From: Klebsormidium nitens
Taxonomy: Eukaryota; Plantae; Klebsormidiophyceae
Assembly (NCBI GenBank): GCA_000708835.1
Contig: DF236961.1
Span: 1-64,000, forward strand
DNA length: 64,000 bases
Direction of reading: 5' to 3'
Positions 25,246 through 42,208 of the stretch are shown one piece after another (position 1 is the stretch's first letter; each line of letters opens with the position of its first letter). Both the position numbers and the translations under genes were made by a program. The notes beneath the pieces were generated by a model. It worked only from the letters and a program-made list of their open reading frames with translations, searched no databases and was not told the DNA's origin.

Positions 25246-28200
25246 CTATGCGATGCCTTTTTTGCGCATCAGCTCCTCGATCTTAGGCACGTCCTCCGGG
25301 CAGTCCACCCCGTGCGCGTCGTGCTCCACCGCAATCACCTGCCAGCACACATTGGGAAACGTCAGAGATGCGCCGGGTGCTGCGACACGGCATTGCTCTT
25401 TCCAGCCGCAGGGTCCTGCTCGAGGTAGGGGACTGTCCGATGAGGCATGCCAGAGGTGGTGAAACCTACTGAGGAGTTCTTCTCGTCTCGAATCCGCGAC
25501 GATCGGATGTCAAAGCCGTCACAGGGCTACCGTCTGCGACATCTCTGTGCTCCATTTATCGATCCTTCAAACCCTGACGAGCCCCCTAAACGAGGTCTTG
25601 AGGCCTCCACTTTCGAATACTTTGCTCAGTGCACCCACAGGGGTTTTGATATATAGAAAACAGGCCTCCCTGCGAAGCGCTACAGAAAGATCCAGGGGCA
25701 CCTCTTCATCTCAACAAAGTCTTCGAGCCTCAACGTTTTCGAGGGGGGAGACTGGCAGACGAACAACTCCCCACTAGAGAGTTGTTCGTCCCCCAGTCTT
25801 CCCCCCTCTCCGCGGTGATCCTGGTTGCGGGCCGCGGCCCCACCTTGATGCGGTGGCCGTTTTCGAGCACCTTGAGCTGCTCTAGGTCCTCCGCTAGTTG
25901 CAGCGCGCTGTCCGGCAGTGCGCAGTATGTCCCCAGGAACGCCGCGTCAAAGCACTGCACACTCGCCCAAGCACGCGCGCGCTCAGTTGTTGTCCAGGGC
26001 AATGCGAGCTCCCCACGGCGTCTGGACCGGCTGCGGCTCTTTGAAGAGCTTGATCGGGACGGATAGCTTGTCCGAACCCATCTGATCGCTTGCGAAAAAG
26101 CTTGGTCGTATTGCATTAATTTGCGGCAGTGTTGCAACGGTTGCAAGGGACAATGGGGCGCTTACATAGAACCCCAGGTGTAGGAGGTAAGGGTACGTGG
26201 GATCCACGGCGCCAGACCTGCCACCATAAGTTACGAAGTGTCAAAAACCAGGTGTTTTGAGGTGTCAACAACGAGTCAAGCCAAAAACCTCCGTCTCTTC
26301 TCCACTGAATGTATGACGAGCATTCGGTCCGCATCATTCCAACTCGAAATCTTGGTACAATCCCAAGCTTCCTTTAGTTGGACACATCTGCTGGGCGGAT
26401 TGAAGCCTTTCCTGCCTTTTACCGATTCCTCTCCGATCAACCGTACGAGGATAACACGACGGCACACCCAAAGCCCCGAATCGCAACCTGACCCGCCATC
26501 CGGACATTGACATAGCGGCACTCACTTGTTGTGGGGCAGCATTCCCCGTGAAAAAAAGAGCGCATAGCTGTTGCGGTCCACGACGCACTTGACCCGGTTG
26601 CGGTTCTGCACATCGTCCGAAGGAAGGGCCGTCACCGCAGTACTCAGCACCGCATCTGGGGCCGCCTGCGGAAACACAGCCCAGGTGTTGAGTCGTTCAT
26701 TTGAAACATTTGGAACCTATTCGTGAAAGAGCTGAAGTCTGACTGGCGTCGATTCTTGTAACTGCTCAATGTCAAGGCGTCTCAAAGTTTTAGAGAACCC
26801 AGACGTGCTGTGAAAGTGCCTCTGGAGAATCCTCGAGAGAACGAGTTTGACCAGTGTGGAATACTCGACGGTTCAAGAGGCGAGCGAACTTCGAGTAAGT
26901 GTTTGTATCAATCGACTCCAAGCTTCCCAAAAGCAGAAGGCAGGAATTTGTTACCATGGGGGACAAGAAAGCAGCACCGCGGGCTCCTCTGCATTTTATG
27001 AGCCAGGTGAAGGCAACCCCTAGTTCTGTACAGCGAATAAGGACCGAAACCAAAGCGATTGGAAGACTATTACGGAGGGAAGAAAGGTCCCGAAGGCGGT
27101 CGCACCTGCAGGGCTGCCACAATACCGTCAATGATGACGGGGTCCACGAGCGGCTCGTCCCCCTGCAGATTCACAACCAGGTCGTACTGGCCCCCACATC
27201 GCTGCAGCGCCTCATGGCACCGCACAGTCCCTGCAAACACCAAATGCGCCAATCAGGCACCCAGGCTGGCGGGCAGGGAAGACTGACCAGGCACGGGGCA
27301 GAAAACTAAATTAGTCTTGAACCTGTGGAGACTGAGCTATACAGTTGAATTGATCTGGCAGTTCAGCTCCTGCTTGATCGGAACTCTGTTCGCTTCATTG
27401 ACAAAGGGGATGAAGTTGATGCCAGGTGGCAGGATAGGCTGGACTCACCATTGGGGCAGGCCGCTGAGGTCATGATGACCTCCGCGCCAAAGCGCTCGCA
27501 CTCCTGCCGGATGCTGTCGTCGTCAGTGGCCACCACTGTAGCCATGAGAGGAGGGGCGTTAAGACCCTCTAGATTCGAACATGAAGCAAGAAGTCATGGG
27601 AAAGGAGTGCCTATCATGGGTGCTAGTTCACGCGGAGGTCCGCTCACAAGGAAGGACGACACCACTTAGAAGAACAGCGCGAGCTTGATGGGAGAGATAC
27701 ATCAAGCACTGACAAGAATGAAAGACTCCCCTGAAACTAACCAAGCAAGACATAAGCGGACCAGATGGGCCTCCTTGTGATAATGGTAATGGAAGCATTT
27801 GACAGGACTGTCCACAGTCGCTTGGCTGGCGGTGGCAGGCCAGGACATGAGGAGACTCCAATATTAGCCAGAGTGGCTATCGCAACTGAAGGCGAGCAGA
27901 GGCTCACCAACTCTATCAAGCAAGGTGGCCTTCTTGGCCTGCTCATACGTTCGCTGCATTGCAGTATATAGAATGCGGGGTCAAGCATAGGTTACAAGCT
28001 GATCAGCGCTGCAGGAGATGTTTGCACCACCAAGCAATGCACTGTGTGCAACTTGAAAATATTGGCAGCTCAACTTGCGCCATCAGCGTCTGTGTATTCT
28101 GAGATGCATCAGAGAGATGCCTGCTGTCCCCGTGACTGTAGTGCCCTGCATTGTGCCCTTACCTGGATCATGGACTTCCCCAATATCTGCACCAGTGGTT

Positions 28201-28381
28201 TCCCTGGAAACCGGCTGGATGCGTAGCGAGCAGGGATGATGCCAATGACGCGTTGGCGCTGCCTGCGCCCAAACAGGGCCTGCCGCCCAATCAAGAGTGC
28301 GGCGGTGGCAGCACCAGCGAGGAAGGCCAAAAGGAGAGCAGCATGACCAGAGCTGCCAGAGGAGCCAGCAAAAGGCGCCAT
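25246..28381 (-). CDS. kdsB: 3-deoxy-D-manno-octulosonate cytidylyltransferase (CMP-Kdo synthetase)
   Basis: Exons 28381-28163, 27953-27908, 27535-27449, 27230-27106, 26665-26526, 26217-26166, 25954-25844, 25338-25246. Motifs: [40 protein letters not shown]…[22 protein letters not shown]. Plant-like N-terminal hydrophobic anchor. Confidence 0.95.
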
Positions 28382-29602
28382 AGTTGAGGCGCTAGTGAGG
28401 GCAGAAGGGCATTTGTAACAAAGGAAGGTGGAGAAGTGGGTTTATGTTTAAAATCAGAGTGCTGCAACCTTGTGAACTAAGCTCAAATACTCTATGAAGC
28501 CAGTTTGACAGCTCTTAGGTTGAATCACAGATATTTTTACCGATGCGTACATCGGACTCTGGAGCTTTTTCCATAGAGGTGCAATTTTCCAAAAGTTGTT
28601 GCAATTGGCCAGCAGAATCCCTACTCAGTTCACATTCAGAATTGAGGCTCTAGTGAGCTCGTCCGGCAGATGGGGTGATTGCGACGACCTTCTAGTCCCT
28701 AAGGCTAGGGCCCGGGGTTCTAACGATGGCCACCGCTTTTCCACCATGCTTTGCCCTGCCGCTTTGATCGGATCCAGGGGGAAGCAGGTAAATTCGACGA
28801 AAAACACAACCGTTCCAACTCCTTCAAGATGCGCGAGCGTCAGGACCTGCAAATAAATGTTGAATTTATCTGTGCTTGATCTAGAATGCGGCTCTGAGTC
28901 AGCCGATTTACCAGTAGTCCTGCATGGGCAGAAGTGAAGGAACTTCAGAAACCGCTGAAGAAACACCATATATTCGAGCAGACTCGAACCTGATTCGGCT
29001 TCGTGACTGGTCGACATGTGGCAGGTGGCAAGGTGGATTTCCATCGTGGAGGCACAGGAGCCGTGGATGGATGGACTGCGACATACCTACAGACTGCAGC
29101 TTCACAGACTGAGCTCAAGTTGCGACCATCGTGAAGGGCCCGGGTCCGTTGCAACTTGCAACGCATTACATTGAATTTGTGCTTTGTGTGGTTCATCAGA
29201 AGGACAGTGGTGGTTCAGGTACGCGGCCGGAGGAAGCAAACTACCTAAGGGTTTCTGAGGAAGTTGCCAAGCCTTCCAAGGTGAGGACGGAGGATGGGAT
29301 CCGGTCAAACAAGCGTTTGATCATATTAGAAGGCGGACTCGGGAGCAATCTCTTGGGCCTCAATGTCCCCGTTGTCCTTCTTAGGTTATTTGACGCTGGC
29401 ATGCACCAATCGCCACTCGACACCCCGTTGATCAGAGATACTTCGTTACGCAGCTCTCTCAGGTCTCGTAACACGACACGGGGTGTGCAGGTTTGACATT
29501 TCGGTGCCTGATCCTTTTGTGTGCAATTTGTTTGTGAACTGACCTCAACACTTCTCTTATTTGCTTCAGCGTCTTCGCGTGCGCTGCACTCTCAACATCA
29601 AA

Positions 29603-33755
<4,153 letters not shown>

Positions 33756-35120
33756 GCGAGGGGACTCCCTTCCGGTTATAAGGAAATTAACATCGACTTA
33801 TATGCAGGCGCCTGTAGATGTCCAAAAGGAGTTCTCGTGTTGAGGTTATGCCGTTTTCGAGTGTTGTGCATACGACTTGAACTAATTTCGGTTTGAATAT
33901 GTGGATAGATTTGTGACGGAGTCACCTTCTTGCTAGCGCCTGATCAATGAGAAAACTTATGATCCAGCTGTGTCGATACATAGCCGGTAAGGGGGTTGGA
34001 GCTGCAACTTTGCTTCTGCGACTTTGCTTCGACAATTTTCAAACCATTGATGGTTGTTTGACAATCTCCTGTTGATGATAGCGCTCTGATCCCTTAACCT
34101 GAATGTAAACATTGTCGGCGATTGCGAACGTGTATAATAAGCTTCCAGCCACGCCTCATGCGAATGATTGATGTTGGATGAAGCGACACATTGAAAAAAG
34201 TGAATTGAATGTCCTTTGCAATTTAGACATGGCGGTAGTGGGAGTGGCCAAACGATCGCTTTACATCTGCCGCATTGATCCGCGTGTGAGTCCCTGTCCA
34301 ATGTCGACCGTTCAAGGCGCGTGGCCCGGGGCCTCTGAGTACGCGTCTGATGGTCTAGCTCATGTTTGGTGTAAATGCACGCCGTAGCCCTAGAAACGTA
34401 GGCAATATAGACTCTTCATGGCATGCGTACGCAAATGTCTACATCCAGCTAGATTATATGCCCGACGGCCACGTATGACATGAACTTTGCAGGTTGCAAG
34501 ATGATCATGAAGCAGACATCTTCATGTATATATATACCGTCGGCATGCGATCGAGCTGGCATCATTTCACCCATAATTTTAATTTATGGATAGATCAAGC
34601 TTCAGTAGACTATATATGGAAGTATAAGAATCATGGTCAACCGTGCACATGAGCATGTCGAACGGAAGTACCAATGGTGTTGTACCCATACATGTACTTC
34701 CAAGCCAGTAACGTGACATACTTTCTACCCATGGGATTGAGGATCATATCGTGTCTAGAAAGTGTAATCTTGTGTTTCATTATTTTCAGAATCCTTTGAC
34801 GACAGGCTTTGCACCAGCCGCTGACACCAATCTGCACAATTGCGGGCTTACACAGTCCGTGAAGCACAAGTCTACAAGGCGGTGTACCAGTACATATACA
34901 TTCCTTACCTCCGGTCGAACGCAGAGCAATCTTGGTTACATGGCCCTTGGTTGACTTGAAGAATGTCTGCAAGTCCCTAGCGTCAGCATCGTCTTAGCCA
35001 CCGGAACTTGTACAGGGAGCAAACTTCTGTACACTCGTACACAACCCGGCACCTCGATTGAAAACTGAATCCAACTTGAGTGCCTACGATTGCATCTCAA
35101 CGACAAACGGATGCGCGCGT

Positions 35121-38100
35121 TTACAAGACCTTCTGAAGGGCGCTCACATCCAGGGCTTCAAACTTGTTAACAACTTTCGAAACCGCGGCAGCCAACTTCT
35201 TCGCATCCTCCTTGCTGGGTGCCTGCACAAAAAGGTGAAAGGCAAATTGCGAAGTCTACACCATACTAGCAAAGAGAACGGTGAATATAAGCAGCGAGTA
35301 ACGGGTCTCCCTGTCAAGCGGACCGACATTCAATTGTATCTCCGACGAGCACCCACCTCGATGTTGAGTGGAAGAACGGGATCGTGCAGGGACAGCCGGA
35401 GCAAGAACCAGCCTCCATGGCCGGAAACTCGGATCTGCAATCACAGGGGGCGTGGGCATCAGATGCCTCCAATCGAAGCACATTACCAAGCTCCGAGCGG
35501 CCTGACTCGGGTTTACAAGCGCTGCTCCTGTATTAAGCAAGAAGTCACACAGATCCTCTGGTTCCTGCTCCACCAGGAAACGACCTGCAACGGGAGCGTA
35601 CGAAAACATAGTTTATGCAATCTCAGCATCGATACAAGGAGGACATCATCTTCAGAGAGACATTCCTTCTTTCTGCGAGTGAGAGCAATTTGAAGTCTGT
35701 TTCGGTCGGCTCACCCCTTCGTGGTTGACGGGCGCTATTTGCAGCGCGTCGTCCTCCTTCACCGACTGCTCCAACGCCGCCAAGACCTTGTTGCCGTACG
35801 CTTTGAAGTCCCTGCAACAAGGCGCAAAAATAAACGTTTCGTCAACAAGGAAACACAACGCGGTTTTGCGACGATGCGGAAGGCTTTCCGAGGAAGCGGG
35901 TGGAGAAGAGCTCAGCCCGGCAATGCTTCAGAAAGCTTTCGAGAAGCGGCGTCTCTAGGCTGACTTGTCTCAAAGTAACCAGAGCTGTCCACACAAAAAG
36001 CTTCAGAGTCGGTCAGAGAGTATCAATAGTAGGTTCATCCTCTATACTCCTCATTCCGGCCAGCTCGAAAGATCCATTCAGTCAAGTATGCCTCACGATA
36101 GATGAACGAACATGCGTGTACGCACCCTTGCACGTCGGGGTGTGCCTGGTCGATTTTGAACCGCAGCTCCGTAGCCACCTCCGCCTCTTGCAACTCTTCA
36201 ATCAGTTTCGTCAGCACCCCGCTGCCCTTGCCCTCGCCCGCGGTCGCGGCAGCCGCCATTTTGATGAGCAGCTTGACCATAGCGTATGCGCCGTCGTCCA
36301 GCCAGTTGTTCTCTTTGAGCGCGCCGTGACCGCTCGTTTCAATGGCCAGGTGCGTCTCCTGCCCGACCGAGTTGAGCCGGATGCCCTCGTCGATCACGTT
36401 CTTGTACCCGCGCTTGAACCGGTGGTGCTTCCCGCCTGTGACAGAAGCACCGCTGACGGTTATTAGGAGCTTAGGCATACCTTGTGTCTTGTTGGTTGGA
36501 GCAGTCGTGTGTTCTTCAGAGTGCTTTCAGGCAGCGGTTCCCTTGAGTGAGCCCCATGACAGACCGGCTGTCCAAGGACAGGTTCATAGCGGCTGGGAAT
36601 TTTCCCACTCCTCCTCTCAGATTCCGGCTGCTGCTGTATGCAGCGCGACGTGTCAACACAACAGTGTATCCTTATCATCAGAGAGTCTGGGGGAGTTCCT
36701 GCAAACCAGCCAATGGCCAGCGTCCTTGTTCACCCAGGCAACTGATCGGTCTTGCCACCTGGGCTAAGAAGAGCGGCAGAGAATGATCACTATCACAAGA
36801 GTCGCCAAGGGGGTCAACCATCTTTCTCTACCTGGTAAGCGTACAAGGAGTCACATATTTAAGCAGAACTTGGACCGGCGGCCGTACCCAGCTTTTCAAT
36901 GAACTCCGTGAGGCCGTCGGAGGTGACGCTGTCGGTGACGACAGTAGTCCCCGGGTGTTCTTCCAAGATAATGGCCGACAGCAGCGCAATCAGCCGGTTG
37001 CGGTTGATCTCCTTGCCGCCAGAATCCACCGCAGCAGACCTGCAAGCTCCACGAAAACCCTCTGTCGCATCGTCCTCCCTAGAAAAGGCGATCCGAGGAG
37101 ATACTTGCACACCGGACAGACCCCAAAAAGAGGTCGATACTCGACCCTCGAGCGCTCAGTAAGAACTGATTCCATCCAACCGGAGAACCTTACATCAAGG
37201 GCGCTCATCACTCTAGTTGACTCGCAGCCCCACAGAGCCTCCGACACAAATAAACTCCTCGGAAAGCAAGCGTAATGATGACGTCCTTCCGCTATGAGGC
37301 TGCCGCCTGCAACCGTCAGTGCTCTTGCGTGACAGCGACCTGAGGCACCTGGAAACTTCCCACCCCAACACGGAAGGGCAAAACAAGCTTTTTTAACTTT
37401 TCTGGAACACCGGAGTGTGCCCCACCTATCGACGTCGGTGTCGAAGATGATTCCAAAGTCCGCCTTGTTGTCCAGCACCGCCTTTTGAATTGCCGCCATG
37501 GCCGTCTCATCTTCGGGGTTCGGGATATGGTTAGGGAAAGTGCCTGCAGCGCAGCGGACCCCGTCAGAACGTGGTGAGGAGCAGCTCCCAGGATATTAGA
37601 CAGCTTACTCTTATGTCTCACTGGTATGTGATTTGCACTAGCTGTGTGCAAGCTGCCTGGGAGGCTTAATCATCGGAGCAAGGTCTAGGGGCAACTTCAC
37701 ACGTCACTTTCTTACCAAGTTCGTATACAGTGCAGTCTAAAGATACCTGTAGAACGTTCGACAACTTGATAATGAAACCCTTCCGTCGAGAACACTCACT
37801 GAGTCTACCGTCAAGCACAAGTGGACAGACGAAGTTCCAGAACTGGGCACCCTATTGAAAGCTGTTGTGGCAGCCAAGCGGACAAAAGCAAGAGCGAATC
37901 GACTCACCGTCAGGATCCAGGAACTGGCTGCCGTCCGTCCGAGCGCCCAGGGGCTCCAACACTTGGGGCTGCACCGACAAATGTACCCAAGTCAGCGACA
38001 GCAGCCGCGCGGGTAGGTCTCAGCAAAAGAGAGTTAACCTGCAACCTACTGGTGACTGCCGAAGCCCCATAGTGACGACGGGCGGTCTTCTAGCAAAGAG

Positions 38101-41100
38101 AAGAGAACGTAGTCCGCAACAGGTATCGATTTCTGAAGAGCTGGTCAACCGGCAATCAACTTCGGGGGCGCGGAACTTCTACTGCTGTTTGCGTCAATTT
38201 GGCACCCGAGCTCGGATCAAAACGCGAGGTCCCAAATATCGCGTTGCGTTGTCGAATTTTGGTGTTTTAGCCTCCCCCGCAAGGACTCCGCATATCGATT
38301 TTTGATGCTATCACCAGGGACGGAGTACAAAGAACTTTTTCGGGGGGCTTGTCTATCAAGAACCGGGAATCGGCATTGGAAATAAAAAATGGAAAACTGT
38401 GCATTTCTGCCCGAGCTCGGGTGCCAACTTTCACGCAAGCAGCAGTATGATCCTGTGGGCTGGTGGCTTACCGCAAAGAAGCCGCCAGCACCGTTGCCCG
38501 CATCGACGACGACGTGGAAACCATACAAAGGCTTCTCTGCACGGACAAAGCACCAGCCGGATGTTAAAAGCGGAAAATGAACGACAGTCGCTCGGCGCAA
38601 ACATAACAAACCATCACTCAAGAGGGTTTCCCTTGGCCTTGCAGGGGGTCACGCAGCTAAACAAAAAGGGCACCGACAGACACCGCTTTCAGCACGCCCC
38701 GAAACCCCAGCGCATGTTCGACGAATTGCATTACCGTGATTCACAAAGATTGCTGTAACTACGTCGACCCCTGAGAACGAGTGCCAAGGCCCCGTATGGA
38801 AAGGGGCTATCGGAAAAGGTGGAAAATCGGAAGCGCCACACTTGTGCACACAGCTGGATACATGCGAGGTCAACTTCCGTGCAGAGGGCCGTTCTCACCC
38901 ACTCCCCCGGCCCCCTTCCTCACTGCCTCCACCAGATCTGCTGTGTACCGTTCCATGTAATCTACCTCGGACGTCGCGCTTGCAGCTGCCTGTGAACTCT
39001 TCTCGAGGGTCTCCTCTGTGAAACCGTCGTAGATCTTGGCGGCGCGTGCGAGAATGTCGGTGATGTCCGCCTTGCCGGTGCCCCCCGTGTTGGTGAAGAA
39101 CTTCATGCCGTTGCGGTTGAACGGCAGGTGGCTCGCTGCGGGGGAGGAGGGAGACATTAAGACAAGCTTAGCAGGCTCGAGACTATTCTGGAGGAGGCGG
39201 GGTGACGACTCTGATCCGAGGGTTAAAGAAAACGCCTCAAGATTAACCCAGTCTCTGCAGCTAATGCACGACGGTCAGCGTTTTTTCTCGCTGCTATTCC
39301 CCCTCATCCACGCGGTGAAAGATCGACTCCGCGGACTGGGGAGCAATCTTAAATCTACCATCATATATGCAGTCAGCGAGTATCCCGCTAAAACGAGCGG
39401 GCTTCTCCTCACTCAAGCCGTTTTGGTACCGGCATCATAGCCCTTTTGATCATAGAAGACATTCGTCTTTCACTGACCTGTGATCATGATGCTTCCATCG
39501 GCAGGTGTAAGCAGGCTCTCATCCTTTGTCAGTGTTGAATTGAACATGGCCGGGGTGGACGCGAGACTGCAAATCGACCAAAAAAGTGGCTGGCTGATGT
39601 CCTCTGCAATACAATTCGCTCCAACAGCAGGACAACATTCTCAAAGTGCGTCACTGTCTGGTGCAGACAATTACTTTCCCTGAAAGCCAGACTGCAGACT
39701 AAAAGGCTAAAGCACGTGCACCCAGTCCCAATATTTGCAATTGTTAACGTGGAGTCCCGTCAGGTTCCCAGCTCTTGTCACAAACACAAAAGCGTACCTT
39801 GGCGCAGGCAACTTCGAAATGTTTGTGGATAGACCCTCTTGCTCCAATCAAAACTTGCAAGTCACCTACTTGTATTGCACAACATCAAAGCCGGCGCTGG
39901 CGACGCCCCGCCCCGCTGCCTCCCGCAAGGACTTGGCAGACAGCCGGGAGTCATGCCCAATCGAGACGCGGTACTTGCGATCAGGCTTGGCCGCGCCCTC
40001 CTTCTTCTTCTTGTCCATGATCCAGTCTGCAAATCCTTGTGCAATGGCTTCCACCGCCTCTGGCGTTACATTCACTGCCTCTCCTTCAACGCCTTCAAGA
40101 GCGACCCCACGGATGTCACTGCAGCGAGAAGAACTAGTGTTGGGCCACTTCCTCATCCATCGTTTAAATGCAAAATGCACGTCACGAATATGGAAATTCT
40201 CAATAGAGATTTCAGTGCCAATTGCCTAGATTTATGGCGACCCTTAGATCAACATTGATCGCCTTTGCAATTAGTCAGACAATCTGATGGAATTCTCGCA
40301 TCAGTATCTACTGTGGTCTCAATTCTCAGGAGGAGGTCACTGACCAGCTACTTTTACAGCTTGATCATTGCATTAAGTGCAAGGAGTGGTGTGCATGGAC
40401 AGAGCTTCCAACATGGACTTTGAAAGGAAAAGGGGCCTCAGAAAGATCAGGGGCTAGAATGAAATCCTTGCCTGCCATTCTGGAGTTTCTTGAAGTCAAT
40501 CTTCTGGAGGGTGGAGACTCCCGCAGCAGCTGCAGAGAAGTAGGCTTTGGAGTGAGTAAATTCATGGGGCCAGTATTATCTGAACCTGTATCAATTTGTC
40601 AAGATTGTATGCACTTTTAGTCAGATGATTGCATTGGGAATTGTTCCTTCCGAAACTCCAAAACCTGCTTCCATCACCAAAGTAAAAGCAGCACCGCCCG
40701 ATCAGCTGTTATTTGAAGTCAACTCTAGGCTTCCAATGGTCAACCGCTGCAATCTAACCACCACCGCGGTATGAATAAACTGCGCACCTCGAATACTGGG
40801 GCCAGCATTGGAGGAGCCTGTTGCGCTAGTTTGGCCTGTCGCTTTCAATGCCGCCATCTTGGGTGCGATGCGCTCTTGCTTCCAAGAGTGGACAGCAGCC
40901 CCAGAAGATGATGGCAATAGAGGACAATTAACCCTCAACAAAGGCCTAGATGTGAGCAAGCTACTGCGAGCAGTCTGCGTCCTTGCGTGCTTCCTTCCGC
41001 TGCTTGATGGCTGCTCAAGAGGGGCAAAGGGGGCAACTGCAGGCAGCCGGATCGCCTGAGTACCTGCGACAAGCAGGACAAGTGAGAAAAAGTCCGATTA

Positions 41101-41475
41101 AAAAGCTGTTTGAAGATAGGACAAAAACAGCCAGCTAGATGGCCATAGGAGTGCAGCAAGTCCAAATATGAACCATCCGCAACCCACCTTTTAAGACATC
41201 TAGAGCTACGCAATTCTCTACAGTCAAAAGCCATTCTGAGAAGTTCCACCCACATGGATGCACAAGAAAGATTAAAAGACATGCTTCTCAGCTTTTCACG
41301 AGCCTGCCAAGCAAGAATCGAAGCTCATAATCCGCACAATTGCATGGGGACCGGGGTGCTCATGCGTTCTTGTCTATCAGCATTGCACACGCAATTGAGC
41401 GTTACAAATCCAAAGTAGATGGCAAGGCAGGTTAGCTGATTTCAAAGGTCAGCAATGCACTACTTCACCTGCCAT
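35121..41475 (-). CDS. Phosphomannomutase/phosphoglucomutase (alpha-D-phosphohexomutase) family protein, plastid-type
   Basis: Exons 41475-41469, 41063-40788, 40529-40472 (GC donor follows), 40118-39870, 39566-39478, 39135-38899, 38536-38472, 37968-37908, 37543-37426, 37039-36888, 36435-36126, 35811-35715, 35434-35357, 35222-35121. Motifs: KLQNGSDIRG, MITASHLPFNRNG (phospho-Ser), FDTDVDR (metal loop), IETSGHG, WFLLRLSLHDP. The start exon is inferred. Confidence 0.93.
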
Positions 41476-42208
41476 CAGCTGCCGCTTCTGCGCTTATCCC
41501 ACTGCTGAACGGACGGATCAGCAAGCTTCGGAGAAGCCTGTTGATGACCGCCAAAGCTTCCAAAGCTTCCCAACTGACCTTCAATCGAGCTTCAATTGGG
41601 TCAGCCGCCACAAAGATCGAGCAGCTTGCACAAATGCTGGCACAATGGTTGTCCTTCCCAGGCTCCTCCAAAGTCCACGGGCCACTTTGTCCATGCAAGA
41701 TCAGGGGGATCGCATGGCATGGCGCTTCAAACAAGGGAAGAGCCATGTCCGAGACCTGCATACGTCAGCTCCATGGATTATCTGCTTCTGCTGACGTAAC
41801 GGCAGGTACAGTCGCGGCCGCCGGCCCCCGCCCCAGCTCGATGAAATGGCTCGATACATTTAATAATGGCTCAACCTTTACCGTCTTCCTTGCTTTAGAA
41901 TTCAAAATGTAGAAACCGGCGTTCTCTTTTGCTCGTCCGTTGGATTACACAAAGAGACGGCTGAGATACGAAGTCGACAAGGCTGTTGCACGAGCCAAAC
42001 CTTCATCTGATTGGGTGCATGCAGAACAAAACGAGATCCAAGATTCTACCTAGGATCAGGATTCAGGAAGGGCGCGTCTCCTCAGGCTCAGGCTTGCCAT
42101 TGGCATTGGTGTACCTAGTTGGTGCAAAGACGCGCGATTTGTCAGCTCTTCGCGCTGCATTTTGCCGCTAGGGCGCCCAGAATTCTAGTGAACCTTCAGC
42201 AGCTGAAC

